DNA from: an uncultured Planctomycetia bacterium
Lineage (GTDB): Bacteria; Omnitrophota; Gorgyraeia; CAYWPX01
Assembly: GCA_964460615.1 (NCBI GenBank)
Contig: CAYWPX010000001.1
Coordinates: 263,747-327,746, forward strand
Direction of reading: 5' to 3'
DNA length: 64,000 nucleotides
Every line of letters begins with the position of its first letter. Within the stretch, counting starts at the first letter, position 1. The translations under genes and the position numbers were made by a program. The notes under the pieces are model-generated. The model was not told where the DNA came from, did no database searches, and saw only the letters and a list, made by a program, of their open reading frames with translations. Below are positions 1 to 10,085 of this stretch, in pieces.

Positions 1-693
1 AAGTATAGAAGGAAGTTTGAGATCCTTGTTAATTTATGGGGCCCTGATCATCATGGTTATATACCTAGGATGAAGGCTGCTATTGAAGCTTTAGGATTTA
101 AGAGAGATACGCTGAATGTTGTTATTGTTCAGCTGGCCACATTATACAGAGAGGGCAAGGCCCTTTCCATGTCAACCAGGGCAGGAGAGTTTATAACTTT
201 AAGAGAGGTTATGGACGAGGTGGGCAGGGATGCGGCCAGGTTTTTCTTTCTTATGAGAAAGACAGATTCCCATCTCGATTTCGATATAGAATTGGCTAAA
301 AAACATTCTTTAGAAAATCCTGTATACTACATCCAGTATGCCCATGCAAGGATCTGTAATATACTGTTATTTAAAAAGGAAAGAAATATTGATTTAAATA
401 TTGTTAAGCTTGATTTAGCGCTTTTGAAATCAGATGAAGAGCTGGAGCTTGTAGCGATATTGAACCGTTTCCCGCTTGCTGTCAAATTTGCCGCTAAAGA
501 GCTGGAACCTTATAGAATAGTAAATTATCTCGTGGAGCTGGCTACGGGTTTTCATGGTTTCTATGCCAAGCACAGAGTTGTAGGTGATGACCTGGGGTTG
601 ACCAACTCAAGGCTTGCACTAGTTGAGTGTATAAAGATAACACTTAGTAACGGCCTTCAATTACTTGGCGTTACTGCGCCTGAAAGAATGTAA
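1..693 (+). CDS. argS: Arginine--tRNA ligase, C-terminal part (the gene begins upstream of the window)
   Basis: Reading frame is open from position 1: ...WGPDHHGYIPRM... carries the conserved DHHGY motif. VYYIQYAHARICNIL is the ArgRS signature. The DALR anticodon-binding tail ends in ...APERM*. Confidence 0.85.
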   Translation, partial: KYRRKFEILVNLWGPDHHGYIPRMKAAIEALGFKRDTLNVVIVQLATLYREGKALSMSTRAGEFITLREVMDEVGRDAARFFFLMRKTDSHLDFDIELAKKHSLENPVYYIQYAHARICNILLFKKERNIDLNIVKLDLALLKSDEELELVAILNRFPLAVKFAAKELEPYRIVNYLVELATGFHGFYAKHRVVGDDLGLTNSRLALVECIKITLSNGLQLLGVTAPERM

Positions 694-744
694 TACCATC
701 TCTTGTTTTAAATTAATTAATTTAAGGCGAATCCTCCCAAAACT

Positions 745-2649
745 ATGTTTGAATCTATTAAAATTCATACCAATTCAGAAATTAATTACGATGACCTATT
801 AACAAGGCTTGTTGATTACGGATATCACAGGGTCAATAGGGTCCACGAGGCCGGTGATTATTCGGTCAGAGGCGGCTTACTGGATATTTTCCCCATAACG
901 TTTGAATTCCCCGTAAGAATAGATTTGTCGAACCATAAAGTTGAATCAATAAAAAGCTTTGACCTATACAGCCAGGAAACCTTCGAAAGTCATAATATTG
1001 TTATAATACTTCCTTTTACAGCTCTAAGGAAAAGGAAGCTTAAAAAGGAAATATTTTTTTCTGATTCAGCCCCAATAAATAATTTTATTGATATTGAGGT
1101 CGGGGATTACGTCGTTCATACTGACCATGGAGTAGGTATTTATCGCGGGATCCAACGGCTTAAATCCGATAAGAAGTTTAAAGAACATATTGTCATAGAA
1201 TACTTAGGTAATGACAAGCTTTTTGTGCCCTTTGAGGATATGGACCTGGTGCAAAAGTATATCGGGTTTGAGTCAGCAAAACCAAAGATATATAAACTTG
1301 GCTCCGGTTTATGGGAGAAAGTAAAAAAGAAAGCAAAGCAGGCAACATATTCATTGGCATTTGAGCTGGTTGAAATGCAGGCAAACAGGTCCATTATAAC
1401 TGGACATAGCTTCGCCAAGGATACAGATTGGCAGAAGAAACTTGAAGAGGAATTCCCTTATAAAGAGACCCCCGATCAGCTTAGAAGCTCAATTGAAGTA
1501 AAGGCTGATATGGAGTCAAAAAAACCTATGGATAGGCTTCTCTGCGGAGATGTTGGTTACGGAAAGACAGAGGTGGCCCTAAGATCGGCTTTTAAAGCAG
1601 TTATGGATAATAAGCAGGTTGCAATACTTGTTCCTACAACTATTCTGGCGGAACAGCATTTTAATACATTTAGCCAGAGAATGAGAAATTTTCCTGTTGT
1701 TATAGATATGCTTTCGCGTTTTAAGTCGCCCGGGGAACAGAAAGATATTTTGAAAAAGCTTGAAAAAGGCGAAGTGGATATAATAATAGGTACGCATAGG
1801 CTTTTATCGAAAGATGTTGCTTTTAAGGATCTCGGTCTTTTGATAATAGATGAAGAGCAGAGATTCGGCGTCGAGCACAAGGAAAAATTAAAAAAGATGA
1901 GGCTTTTGGTAGACGTCCTGACTCTTACGGCAACACCGATCCCAAGGACTTTGTATATGTCTATGATGGGGGTAAGGGATATATCCGTAATAAATACACC
2001 GCCAATAGATAGGCTACCGATCGAAACTAATGTCGCGACTTTTAGCGATCAGTTAGTAACGCATGCCATAAAGAACGAAATTACCAGGTCTGGACAGGTT
2101 TTTTTTGTCAATAACAGGATCAACGGGATTGAAAAGATCGCAAGTAATATCATCAGGCTTGTTCCTGAAGCAAGGGTTGCTCTTGCGCATGGGAGGATGA
2201 ATGAAAAAACCCTGGAATCCACTATGCAGAAATTTTTTAACAGGGAGATAGATGTATTGGTATCAACGACTATCGTTGAATCAGGTATTGATAACCCTAA
2301 TGCTAATACGCTGATTATAAATAACGCCGATATGTTTGGTTTAGCGGATCTCTACCAGTTAAGAGGAAGGGTGGGCCGTTTTAACAAACAGGCATATGCA
2401 TACTTATTGGTAAGGCGCCATGATATTCTTACTAGCGAGGCCCAAAAAAGATTGGACACGCTTTCGAAATTTACTGAACTGGGGGCCGGTTTTAAGATCG
2501 CTATGAAGGATCTTGAGATGCGAGGAGCCGGGAATATGCTGGGGAAGGAGCAGCACGGCCATATCGAAGCGGTTGGGTTTGATCTATATTGCAGGCTTCT
2601 TAAAAGTTCGGTTGAATCGATAAAGAAAGCGCTTCCTCGTAATAGCTAA
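745..2649 (+). CDS. mfd: Transcription-repair coupling factor, compact form of 634 aa
   Basis: UvrB-homology motif GDYSVRGGLLDIFP and RNAP-interaction motif VHTDHGVGIY are present. SF2 helicase motifs are GDVGYGKTEVA (I), DEEQRFGV (II), LTATPIPRTL (III) and QLRGRVGR (VI). It is about half the length of E. coli Mfd; the N-terminal D1a and C-terminal D7 regions seem absent. Confidence 0.75.
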   Translation: MFESIKIHTNSEINYDDLLTRLVDYGYHRVNRVHEAGDYSVRGGLLDIFPITFEFPVRIDLSNHKVESIKSFDLYSQETFESHNIVIILPFTALRKRKLKKEIFFSDSAPINNFIDIEVGDYVVHTDHGVGIYRGIQRLKSDKKFKEHIVIEYLGNDKLFVPFEDMDLVQKYIGFESAKPKIYKLGSGLWEKVKKKAKQATYSLAFELVEMQANRSIITGHSFAKDTDWQKKLEEEFPYKETPDQLRSSIEVKADMESKKPMDRLLCGDVGYGKTEVALRSAFKAVMDNKQVAILVPTTILAEQHFNTFSQRMRNFPVVIDMLSRFKSPGEQKDILKKLEKGEVDIIIGTHRLLSKDVAFKDLGLLIIDEEQRFGVEHKEKLKKMRLLVDVLTLTATPIPRTLYMSMMGVRDISVINTPPIDRLPIETNVATFSDQLVTHAIKNEITRSGQVFFVNNRINGIEKIASNIIRLVPEARVALAHGRMNEKTLESTMQKFFNREIDVLVSTTIVESGIDNPNANTLIINNADMFGLADLYQLRGRVGRFNKQAYAYLLVRRHDILTSEAQKRLDTLSKFTELGAGFKIAMKDLEMRGAGNMLGKEQHGHIEAVGFDLYCRLLKSSVESIKKALPRNS

Positions 2650-2665
2650 CGCTATTCTATTTATA

Positions 2666-3547
2666 TTGAAATTAGGCGATTTAAATAGTATAATTTCATT
2701 CATGGGATATATAAAATATTTAATATGCTGGTTATTACCGACATTAGTTTTATTTGGTTGCGCCAGGCAGGACAATGCTGTGGCGGTTGTGAATAAACAT
2801 CTGATCACTGTTTTCGATGTTGAAGACAGGATATCCAAACTCCCCCTTAAATTCCGGTCAGTAGCCAAAGAGAATAAACCCGCATTCATAGATGAAATGG
2901 TGACAGACCTATTGTTATATGATGAAGCGGTAAGAAATGGCCTGCTCTCGGACAATGAGATCAAAAGGGTTATTGAGGAGGCCCAAAAGAAGATCGTAGT
3001 AGCGCGCTTTATTAAGGATAAGGTTGAAGATAAGATAAAAATATCTGAAACTGAAATAGAGGATTATTATAAAACGCATCAGAATGATTTCATATCTCAG
3101 ACAAAATACAGGGCCTCGCATATTCTCGTCCCGGATGAAGATGAAGCCAAAAAGATTCTAGATAAATTAAAGACGCAGAATTTCGAGGAATTGGCAAAAG
3201 CTTATTCCATAGATTCTACTGCAAAACGGGGAGGAGATGTCGGGTATTTTTCTAAAGGTGAGCTGATCCCGGAATTTGAAAATGTATGTTTTAATTTGAA
3301 TATCGGCGAAACAAGTCCTGTAATAAAAACTCAGTTTGGCTATCATATAATCAAGCTTACTGATAGGATTGCCCCCGAGCCTAAGAAGATAGATGAAGTT
3401 AAAGATGATATTGTCAATATCCTAAAGGCCAAGAAAAGACAGGAGCTTTTTAACAGCCTAATAGCGTCTTTAAGGGCCAAATCAAAGGTAAAGATAAACG
3501 AAGATCTTATTAAATCGATAGATGTCCATGATGTAACTAGCAATTAG
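2666..3547 (+). CDS. Parvulin-type peptidyl-prolyl isomerase, PrsA/SurA-like, probable lipoprotein
   Basis: Lipobox LVLFGC follows an N-terminal hydrophobic segment. PpiC/parvulin core: RASHILV...GGDVGYFSKGELIPEFENVCF...FGYHIIKL. Confidence 0.7.
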   Translation: MKLGDLNSIISFMGYIKYLICWLLPTLVLFGCARQDNAVAVVNKHLITVFDVEDRISKLPLKFRSVAKENKPAFIDEMVTDLLLYDEAVRNGLLSDNEIKRVIEEAQKKIVVARFIKDKVEDKIKISETEIEDYYKTHQNDFISQTKYRASHILVPDEDEAKKILDKLKTQNFEELAKAYSIDSTAKRGGDVGYFSKGELIPEFENVCFNLNIGETSPVIKTQFGYHIIKLTDRIAPEPKKIDEVKDDIVNILKAKKRQELFNSLIASLRAKSKVKINEDLIKSIDVHDVTSN

Positions 3548-3575
3548 TCTGTTTAAAAAAATTCGGGAAATTTAA

Positions 3576-4511
3576 ATGAAAAAACTGTTACTTGCAATTT
3601 TTATGAGTTCTGTCTTATTGAACAACATTGAGGCTGCGGTCATAGATAAGGTCGTTGCAGTGGTAAACGGAGAGGTTATTACGGAAGGCGAGGTTTCCAG
3701 GCTTCTGGATCCTTTATATTTACAGTATAAGCAGATCTTACCGCCTGAAGAGCTTGAGAAAAGGACGAATGAGCTTAGGGAAAAGATCATAAATGATCTT
3801 ATAGATGACAAATTATTATTGAGCGAGGCAAAGAAACTCGGTATTACCGCCCCCGAAACGGAGGTAGAAAAGAAAGTAGAAGGCTTAAAAAAGACTTTTT
3901 CTAAAAGGGAAGATTTTGACAATGCGCTTTTGTATCAAAATCTTACTGTGACGGACCTGAAAGATAGGTTTAAGACAGAAATAATCAAAGGCAAATTGAT
4001 AGACTACAAAATAAAAAGTTATATCGATGTCACTCCTATTAAGGTTAATGAATATTATAATAAGCACCAGGATGAGTTCAATGAGCCGGAGTCTGTGAAG
4101 TTAAGGATTATTTATGTTAAAAAGGATGGTAACAGGGATGCAAAAAAGACCATTGAGAATGCGCTTAAACTTATAAGAGTGGGAGCGGATTTTTCTGAAA
4201 TGGCAAAAAAATACTCCGAGTCCAGCAATTCTGCTAGCGGAGGGGATATGGGTAAAGTCACTAAGGGCAGATATAAAGAGAATATAGATAAGATCATTTT
4301 TGCGCTTAAAGATAATGAGGTGTCTGAGGTTGTGGAGACAGAATCCGGCTACTATATTTTTAAAGTTTATGAGAGAACTCAGCCCCGCGTAAGGCTTTTT
4401 AGCGATGTAAAGGACGAGATAAGAAACAAGCTTTATATGGAAGAGGCACAAAAAAAATTAAAAGATTATCTGGGGTCACTAAGAGAAAATGCATATATCT
4501 CGATCAAATAA
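3576..4511 (+). CDS. SurA-like periplasmic chaperone / parvulin PPIase
   Basis: Signal peptide. SurA-like N-terminus VVAVVNGEVITEGEV. Parvulin domain GGDMGKVTKGRYKE...SGYYIFKV. The PPIase-PPIase-pdxA-(ksgA) order parallels the E. coli surA-pdxA-ksgA operon. Confidence 0.65.
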   Translation: MKKLLLAIFMSSVLLNNIEAAVIDKVVAVVNGEVITEGEVSRLLDPLYLQYKQILPPEELEKRTNELREKIINDLIDDKLLLSEAKKLGITAPETEVEKKVEGLKKTFSKREDFDNALLYQNLTVTDLKDRFKTEIIKGKLIDYKIKSYIDVTPIKVNEYYNKHQDEFNEPESVKLRIIYVKKDGNRDAKKTIENALKLIRVGADFSEMAKKYSESSNSASGGDMGKVTKGRYKENIDKIIFALKDNEVSEVVETESGYYIFKVYERTQPRVRLFSDVKDEIRNKLYMEEAQKKLKDYLGSLRENAYISIK

Positions 4512-5493
4512 TCTGCCCATTGCCATTTCTATGGGTGATCCGTCCGGAATAGGTCCGGAGGTTATTCTAAAGGCGCTTAAGGGTCTAAAAAAATCTGAAA
4601 GCGCTACTTTTTTGATAATCGGTGATCACAGGTTATTAGAAAATTTAAATACAAAGCTCTCAACAAGGTTAAACCTGGTTAAAATTGATGAAAGGTGTAT
4701 CGGTAGGGGTAGTAAAAGTTTTTCTGGAGTCAGGGTTTTGGATTTAAATAATGCTTATGGAGCTTATAATTCAAAAACAATTGCCGGAAAAGCGAGCCTC
4801 GAATATATAGATAAATTTATAGCATTGTATAAACGCGGCATGGTTAGTTCTTTGGTCACAGCTCCCGTAAGTAAGGAAAATATTAAATTGGTGAGTAAGG
4901 GTTTTAGTGGGCACACAGAGTATTTGGCAAAGAAGTTTAATATAACCAGCTTTGCTATGATGTTTGCAGGTGGGCCTTTTAATGTAATTTTAGCGACGAC
5001 GCATATCCGGCTTAGGTCTGTTCCTAGTAAAATCAATAAAAAATTAATAATCGATAAAGTTATATTAATAGACAGCTTTTTTAAAAAATATTATAATATT
5101 AAAAAAGCTTCTATAGGCGTCACAGGTTTAAATCCTCATTCCGGTGAGAACGGGACAATAGGGGATGAAGAGGTTAGAGTGATCAAACCGGCATGCGATT
5201 TTTTAAGGGACAAAGGATTTAATGTCTTTGGGCCTTATTCTAGCGAGGCTGTTTTCTATGATGCATTAAGAGGTAAATACGACGTTGTTTTAGGCATGTA
5301 CCATGACCAGTCGCTTGCTCCATTAAAAATGGTGGCAAGGGATAAATTGGTAAATGTCACTCTCGGCCTTCCATTTATCAGGACTTCTCCGGCGCACGGG
5401 ACGGCGTTCGATATAAGAGATAGATTGATTGCGAACCCCGGATCCATGAAAAACGCCTTAAGGTTCGCTATTGACCTAGGAAAGAAAACTTAA
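4489..5493 (+). CDS. pdxA: 4-hydroxythreonine-4-phosphate dehydrogenase
   Basis: PdxA motifs IAISMGDPSGIGPEV and TGLNPHSGENG...GMYHDQ. Start overlaps the upstream stop. Confidence 0.85.
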   Translation: MHISRSNNLPIAISMGDPSGIGPEVILKALKGLKKSESATFLIIGDHRLLENLNTKLSTRLNLVKIDERCIGRGSKSFSGVRVLDLNNAYGAYNSKTIAGKASLEYIDKFIALYKRGMVSSLVTAPVSKENIKLVSKGFSGHTEYLAKKFNITSFAMMFAGGPFNVILATTHIRLRSVPSKINKKLIIDKVILIDSFFKKYYNIKKASIGVTGLNPHSGENGTIGDEEVRVIKPACDFLRDKGFNVFGPYSSEAVFYDALRGKYDVVLGMYHDQSLAPLKMVARDKLVNVTLGLPFIRTSPAHGTAFDIRDRLIANPGSMKNALRFAIDLGKKT

Positions 5494-5497
5494 GTAC

Positions 5498-5935
5498 ATG
5501 TTTAAACTTAATTTTAGTCAAAAATTAAAAGATCTTATAATTGATAGTAGATCGTCTACTATTGCGGAAGTTATTATTTCAGTTTTGATTGTTAGTGTTA
5601 CTATTTCTGGGACCCTAAATCTTATAGTGCAAAATATCGCTTCCGGCGATGCGATGAGTTATATTTATTCTGCCACTAATCTGGCAAAAAATAGAATAGA
5701 AAGGCTTAAGGCTATTGATTTTTCTCTGTTATCTGATGCTGTTGAAGTAGATACGTTCTTGGATGGTGACGGGATCCCTCATCCTGAAGGTGAATTCAGA
5801 AGAACCACAGATATAATAGTCCCTTATGGCGGAAATAGTAATCTTGCTTTTATTGACGTAAAGGTTTATTATGCGATCCGAGGGGTAGAAAATGCGGTTC
5901 CTGCAAGAATGACGACTATCTTAAATAAATATTAA
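5498..5935 (+). CDS. Small pseudopilin-like protein with a degenerate prepilin N-terminus
   Basis: TIAEVIISVLIVSV matches the x-T-[LI]-x-E-[VL]+hydrophobic pilin pattern, but no Gly at -1. First gene of a 3-gene pilin island. Confidence 0.35.
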   Translation: MFKLNFSQKLKDLIIDSRSSTIAEVIISVLIVSVTISGTLNLIVQNIASGDAMSYIYSATNLAKNRIERLKAIDFSLLSDAVEVDTFLDGDGIPHPEGEFRRTTDIIVPYGGNSNLAFIDVKVYYAIRGVENAVPARMTTILNKY

Positions 5936-5946
5936 GAAGAATAATT

Positions 5947-7983
5947 ATGATTAATAAAAATAAAGTAAGATCATTACGGGCATTTACATTATCAGAGTTT
6001 ATGATAGCTCTTCTTATTACCTCCTTTGTAATAGGCGGTTTAATGAGTCTTTGGTATTTTACTCTTAAGAGTTGGGGGACAGAGAGGGTAAGATCTAAGC
6101 TGCGCTCATCAGTTGAAATAAATATGGAAAGGATTAAAGATGATATTAGACTTTCCAGCTCTAATCAGATATATTACTATCCGGCGGACACAAGCGAGTG
6201 CACAGCCATAAGCCTTGCAGTCGGCAATATAGATGTTAATGGATTTTTGACTGTAGGCGGCGGCGGGATCACCTGGAATAGAACAGTTGTATATCACTTG
6301 TATCATAATGACTCAACAGGAAAAGATGAATTAAGAAGGACTCTTTTCTGGCCAAGGGATAATAGTTGGTCGACCGCCCAATTTCAAAATCAGATCAATA
6401 GCGTTGCAACCTCAGGAAACGGTGAAGCATCTAAAGGGGCAATGAATACTGCTACAGAATTAGTATTTTCAAATGACATTACTTTTAGAATAGTTCCTCA
6501 AATACAAAAGTTCGATCTTTTTAGTGCTAATGTTGAAAGAAGCAATGCCATAGATTTTGGCAGTGTTTTACTGAGTCCCGGAGCGCATACTTTAAGATTT
6601 GAGGTTCTTGGTAAGAACGCATTAGCTACGGGCTATAATATCGGGATTGATTGTATAATTTTATCTCCAAGCGGAGGCGTGAGAGAGGTTGAGGCTTTTG
6701 TTCCTTCAAGCATAACGACTGGGCGGACTTATACTGTAGAGGATATGTCGGCTTATGCCAATTTTTCTGGGAATAATCTGCTTAAATTTAATTCCACCGG
6801 TGTCGGAGATTATGTTTCATTTTCAATGAATTATGATTCATGGGTTGAGTCTAATTTTAAAGATTTTATTCTTGGTAACGTAGTGAGAGAAGGAGTTAAT
6901 CCATATCTTAGATTGTCTAATAAGGAAGAGAGCGGTCCTGACTGGACAAGTGACTTTCAGACAGGAGTTGCGCCGGAAGATTGTGCTACGCAGCTACGGG
7001 ATACTTCTATAAGGACTATTATTAATAATGATAAGCTTTTGTCAGACAAGGTTGCTATGGTCAGGGTTAAATTCAGAGCCAGCTCAACATCTAATCTGAA
7101 GATCGAACGTGCCTATATTTCTGAAAAAATTACTGGCAGTCAAAACGCTAAACCAGGTACGACAACTCAGCTTTATTTTTCAGATCTCCCTATTAACGAA
7201 GGCACTTTGCCTGCTAACCCAGGGACTGTAGGAGTTGGGCCTGAAGATATATTGATCAATTCAGGGCAATACATTTTGTCAAACTGGGCATATTTTGTTA
7301 TAGACAAGAATTCAAATAGTGACTATTTAGTGACATTTTATGTTACAGATGATGCTGGTAATTGTTATGCGACTTACTGGCCTGCCGGAGGGACAAACTC
7401 TTATACTAGAACTGGCGACCATGCTTCAGAAGATGACTGGGCTAGTTCTGATACATCTTCTTATATTTATGCTGTTAGCGAGATCCAAGGATGGTCCAAT
7501 GAAGGCACTGCTACTTCCACTATTTATGATACAAAGCTTGCCGCCCCTGACTTTAGTCAATTAAGCTGGACTCAGACTAATGATGATATCTCCTTATTAG
7601 TGCGCACGAGCAATGATTATCTTATGACAGACGCTCCTGATTGGTCAACATTGACGCCGTATACAACAAATCCGCTAAATCTTTCAAGTTTGGACAATAA
7701 CAGATATATTCAGTTTCAGGTATTATTCAACAGCGCTTATCCATATGATCTGCTTCCGAAAATTGATAATTGCATTATTGATTGGCCCGGAGATACTGCT
7801 CTAGTGGATATAAGCGGTTATTTTTCTAAGGGGCCGCAATATGGAATTTTTAAGTTAGTGGTAGATGGTGTTCAATTAGTAAAGGGTGTGGAGATTTATT
7901 TAGCAGCTTCTCAAAATTATTTAGGAACAACTTATAATAGCGCCTTAGAGGCTGAGGTTTCCCCAAGAAACAGCGGCAAATAG
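5947..7983 (+). CDS. Large (678 aa) type IV minor-pilin-like protein
   Basis: N-terminal RA|FTLSEFMIALLITSFVIGG matches the prepilin cleavage/methylation pattern, with Ala rather than Gly at -1. Long Ser/Thr/Asn-rich extracellular region. Confidence 0.55.
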   Translation: MINKNKVRSLRAFTLSEFMIALLITSFVIGGLMSLWYFTLKSWGTERVRSKLRSSVEINMERIKDDIRLSSSNQIYYYPADTSECTAISLAVGNIDVNGFLTVGGGGITWNRTVVYHLYHNDSTGKDELRRTLFWPRDNSWSTAQFQNQINSVATSGNGEASKGAMNTATELVFSNDITFRIVPQIQKFDLFSANVERSNAIDFGSVLLSPGAHTLRFEVLGKNALATGYNIGIDCIILSPSGGVREVEAFVPSSITTGRTYTVEDMSAYANFSGNNLLKFNSTGVGDYVSFSMNYDSWVESNFKDFILGNVVREGVNPYLRLSNKEESGPDWTSDFQTGVAPEDCATQLRDTSIRTIINNDKLLSDKVAMVRVKFRASSTSNLKIERAYISEKITGSQNAKPGTTTQLYFSDLPINEGTLPANPGTVGVGPEDILINSGQYILSNWAYFVIDKNSNSDYLVTFYVTDDAGNCYATYWPAGGTNSYTRTGDHASEDDWASSDTSSYIYAVSEIQGWSNEGTATSTIYDTKLAAPDFSQLSWTQTNDDISLLVRTSNDYLMTDAPDWSTLTPYTTNPLNLSSLDNNRYIQFQVLFNSAYPYDLLPKIDNCIIDWPGDTALVDISGYFSKGPQYGIFKLVVDGVQLVKGVEIYLAASQNYLGTTYNSALEAEVSPRNSGK

Positions 7984-8000
7984 ACGAGGGTTAAGCATAT

Positions 8001-9131
8001 ATGAACATGCTTTCAAAAATCATAAATATTTTTAAGCGCCAGGAATTATCAAATTACATTTTTGGCAAAGATATTTTGTTCAGATTTAATAACAAGGGGA
8101 TAGTATTTGCAGCAACTATGATCATAATCCTGTTGATGGTTATGATCAATTCTTATATGTTCTATATGATTTCTCAGGACATATTCATGGCACAGCATAT
8201 TCGCGATGCGAATGAGGCGCAATTTATCGCTGAGGCTGGAATAAGCAAAGCATTAGAAACATTAACAAGTAGCTTCGCCAATAAAGACAACGCCGGGCTT
8301 TTCCCTCAGACCAATTTTGGAGATGGGGTTTATGATGTGACGGTTGTTCAGAATGGCGGGAGGGTCTTATTAAGTTCTGTTGGTTCCGTAAGAGGAATAT
8401 CAAGGATCGTTAGCGTTGAGGTAAAAAATACAGCTAGCCCCAGCCTTAATTACGCCATAGCTTCCGGACAAAATATTAATATTACCGGCAAAACAAACGT
8501 TACCGGGAATATCCATAGTAACCAAAATGCCAATTTGACCGGAGGTCCGATAAATATTACTAACCAGGGCAATATTTCGGCTGTCATGCATGTTAACACA
8601 ACCGGGACAGTTAATTATACGGCTGAACAGGAAAGCGCTCCATCTGTTGCTATTATTACACCAAACTTTAATTTCTATAAAACTTTAGCTAATAATGGCG
8701 GAAGGTATTATTCTAGTTTGAATTTAACCGGAAGCGGTACTATCGATACCGGCACGAATGGAGTCGCTTACGTGGGCGGAAATGCTAATATAACAGGTAC
8801 CTATACTATAAATGGTTGTCTGATAGCTGATAAAAATATTAACATTACAGGCACGCTTACCCAGACAAAGGTAGGTCAATATCCGGCATTTATGGCAAAA
8901 CAGAATATTAGCGTAACGGGTACTCTTACGGCTCACGGTCTTTTATATTCCGGCCAAAATATTAATATTACTTCAAGTACTGGCACTACTATTACAGGCG
9001 CTTTGGTAGCTAACGGCAATAATGTGAATATTACAAGTAGCGGAACGCCGGTTTTGACAATTATTTATGAAGGCCAGAACCCGCCAGATATTTCTTCCGG
9101 AGGATTGGAAGTAGTAAGTTGGAATAGATAA
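8001..9131 (+). CDS. PilX-N-like pilus assembly protein with a C-terminal beta-helix-type repeat region
   Basis: N-terminus has a TM helix and ...ANEAQFIAEAGISKA (PilX_N pattern A..AAEAGL). The C-terminal half is degenerate NINITG[TK]... repeats typical of parallel beta-helix. Confidence 0.45.
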   Translation: MNMLSKIINIFKRQELSNYIFGKDILFRFNNKGIVFAATMIIILLMVMINSYMFYMISQDIFMAQHIRDANEAQFIAEAGISKALETLTSSFANKDNAGLFPQTNFGDGVYDVTVVQNGGRVLLSSVGSVRGISRIVSVEVKNTASPSLNYAIASGQNINITGKTNVTGNIHSNQNANLTGGPINITNQGNISAVMHVNTTGTVNYTAEQESAPSVAIITPNFNFYKTLANNGGRYYSSLNLTGSGTIDTGTNGVAYVGGNANITGTYTINGCLIADKNINITGTLTQTKVGQYPAFMAKQNISVTGTLTAHGLLYSGQNINITSSTGTTITGALVANGNNVNITSSGTPVLTIIYEGQNPPDISSGGLEVVSWNR

Positions 9132-9136
9132 AATTC

Positions 9137-9985
9137 ATGTCCCTCAAAAGCGAAATAAGCACTCTAAAAAGTATATCCAAATTTCAGCCAATAAAAAGAT
9201 GGGGGCAGAATTTCCTTGTCGATGAGAATGTGGTTAATAAGATCATAGATAGTATTGCAATAAATAAAGACGACTATGTGCTCGAGATCGGCCCGGGTAT
9301 GGGAGTAATGACTGAAAAGCTCCTGGAGAAATCCAAATTTGTTTTTGCCGTAGAGATAGATAAATTGCTATCAAAATATCTTCGCGAGAAATTTAAGGAC
9401 AAGGAAAATTTCTTGCTTATTAATAATGATATACTTAAATTTGATTTTAAGGATCTTACGCTTAATAAAAAGAAGCTAGTTGTCGTTGGAAACCTTCCGT
9501 ACTATATTTCGAGCCCTATCGTTGAAAAAATAATTGATAATAGGTCTGTTATCAGAGACTCTTATGTAACTATCCAAAAGGAGTTTGGCCAAAGGATGGC
9601 TGCTTTGCCCGGCACCAAGGATTATGGGTCGTTGAGTTTATTTGTACAGTATTTTCTGAATCCTGAATATCTGTTTACCATAAAAAGAAATTCTTTTTAT
9701 CCGGTTCCAGATGTTGACTCGGTTTTTTTGAGGCTTTTGGTACCTGATAAACCTAATATTTATGTTAAGAACGAAGAGGTATTTTTTAAAATAGTCAGAG
9801 GTTCTTTTAGTAAACGGAGAAAGAAGCTTATTAATTCAATACCTTTTGAAAAGTTTGGCATTACAAAAGATATGTTTAGAGGTATACTTAAAGATGTAAA
9901 TATCTCTCCTGAACTGCGTCCTGAAGACCTTAACCTTTCAGATTTTGCCAGAATATCCGATAAAATCGCCTTCTTTATACTTTAA
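9137..9985 (+). CDS. rsmA: 16S rRNA (adenine1518/1519-N6)-dimethyltransferase
   Basis: KsgA motifs RWGQNFLVDENVVNKI, LEIGPGMG and NLPYYISSPI. Confidence 0.9.
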   Translation: MSLKSEISTLKSISKFQPIKRWGQNFLVDENVVNKIIDSIAINKDDYVLEIGPGMGVMTEKLLEKSKFVFAVEIDKLLSKYLREKFKDKENFLLINNDILKFDFKDLTLNKKKLVVVGNLPYYISSPIVEKIIDNRSVIRDSYVTIQKEFGQRMAALPGTKDYGSLSLFVQYFLNPEYLFTIKRNSFYPVPDVDSVFLRLLVPDKPNIYVKNEEVFFKIVRGSFSKRRKKLINSIPFEKFGITKDMFRGILKDVNISPELRPEDLNLSDFARISDKIAFFIL

Positions 9986-10021
9986 TAATAATATAATTAT
10001 ATCATATAAGGCTTTTAATGA

Positions 10022-10050
10022 TTGACTTTAGAGCTAAAATGTGGTATTTT
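10022..10050 (+). promoter_or_regulatory. Sigma70-like promoter candidate for gatCAB
   Basis: TTGACT (10022-10027), a 17-nt spacer, then TGgTATTTT (extended -10 at 10042-10050), about 35 nt before the gatC start. Confidence 0.35.
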
Positions 10051-10085
10051 AGTTACAATTTAAGACAAATTCCATCCAAATATAT

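Noticed and set aside
7340-7564. Small + strand ORFs in alternative frames inside larger genes (7340-7564, 13453-13662, 30208-30396, 31999-32190, 36300-36485, 39443-39652, 43874-44056, 51455-51670, 56779-57003, 58193-58414, 59755-59994, 63316-63648)
   Set aside because: Fully embedded in longer ORFs with clear homology. No independent support.
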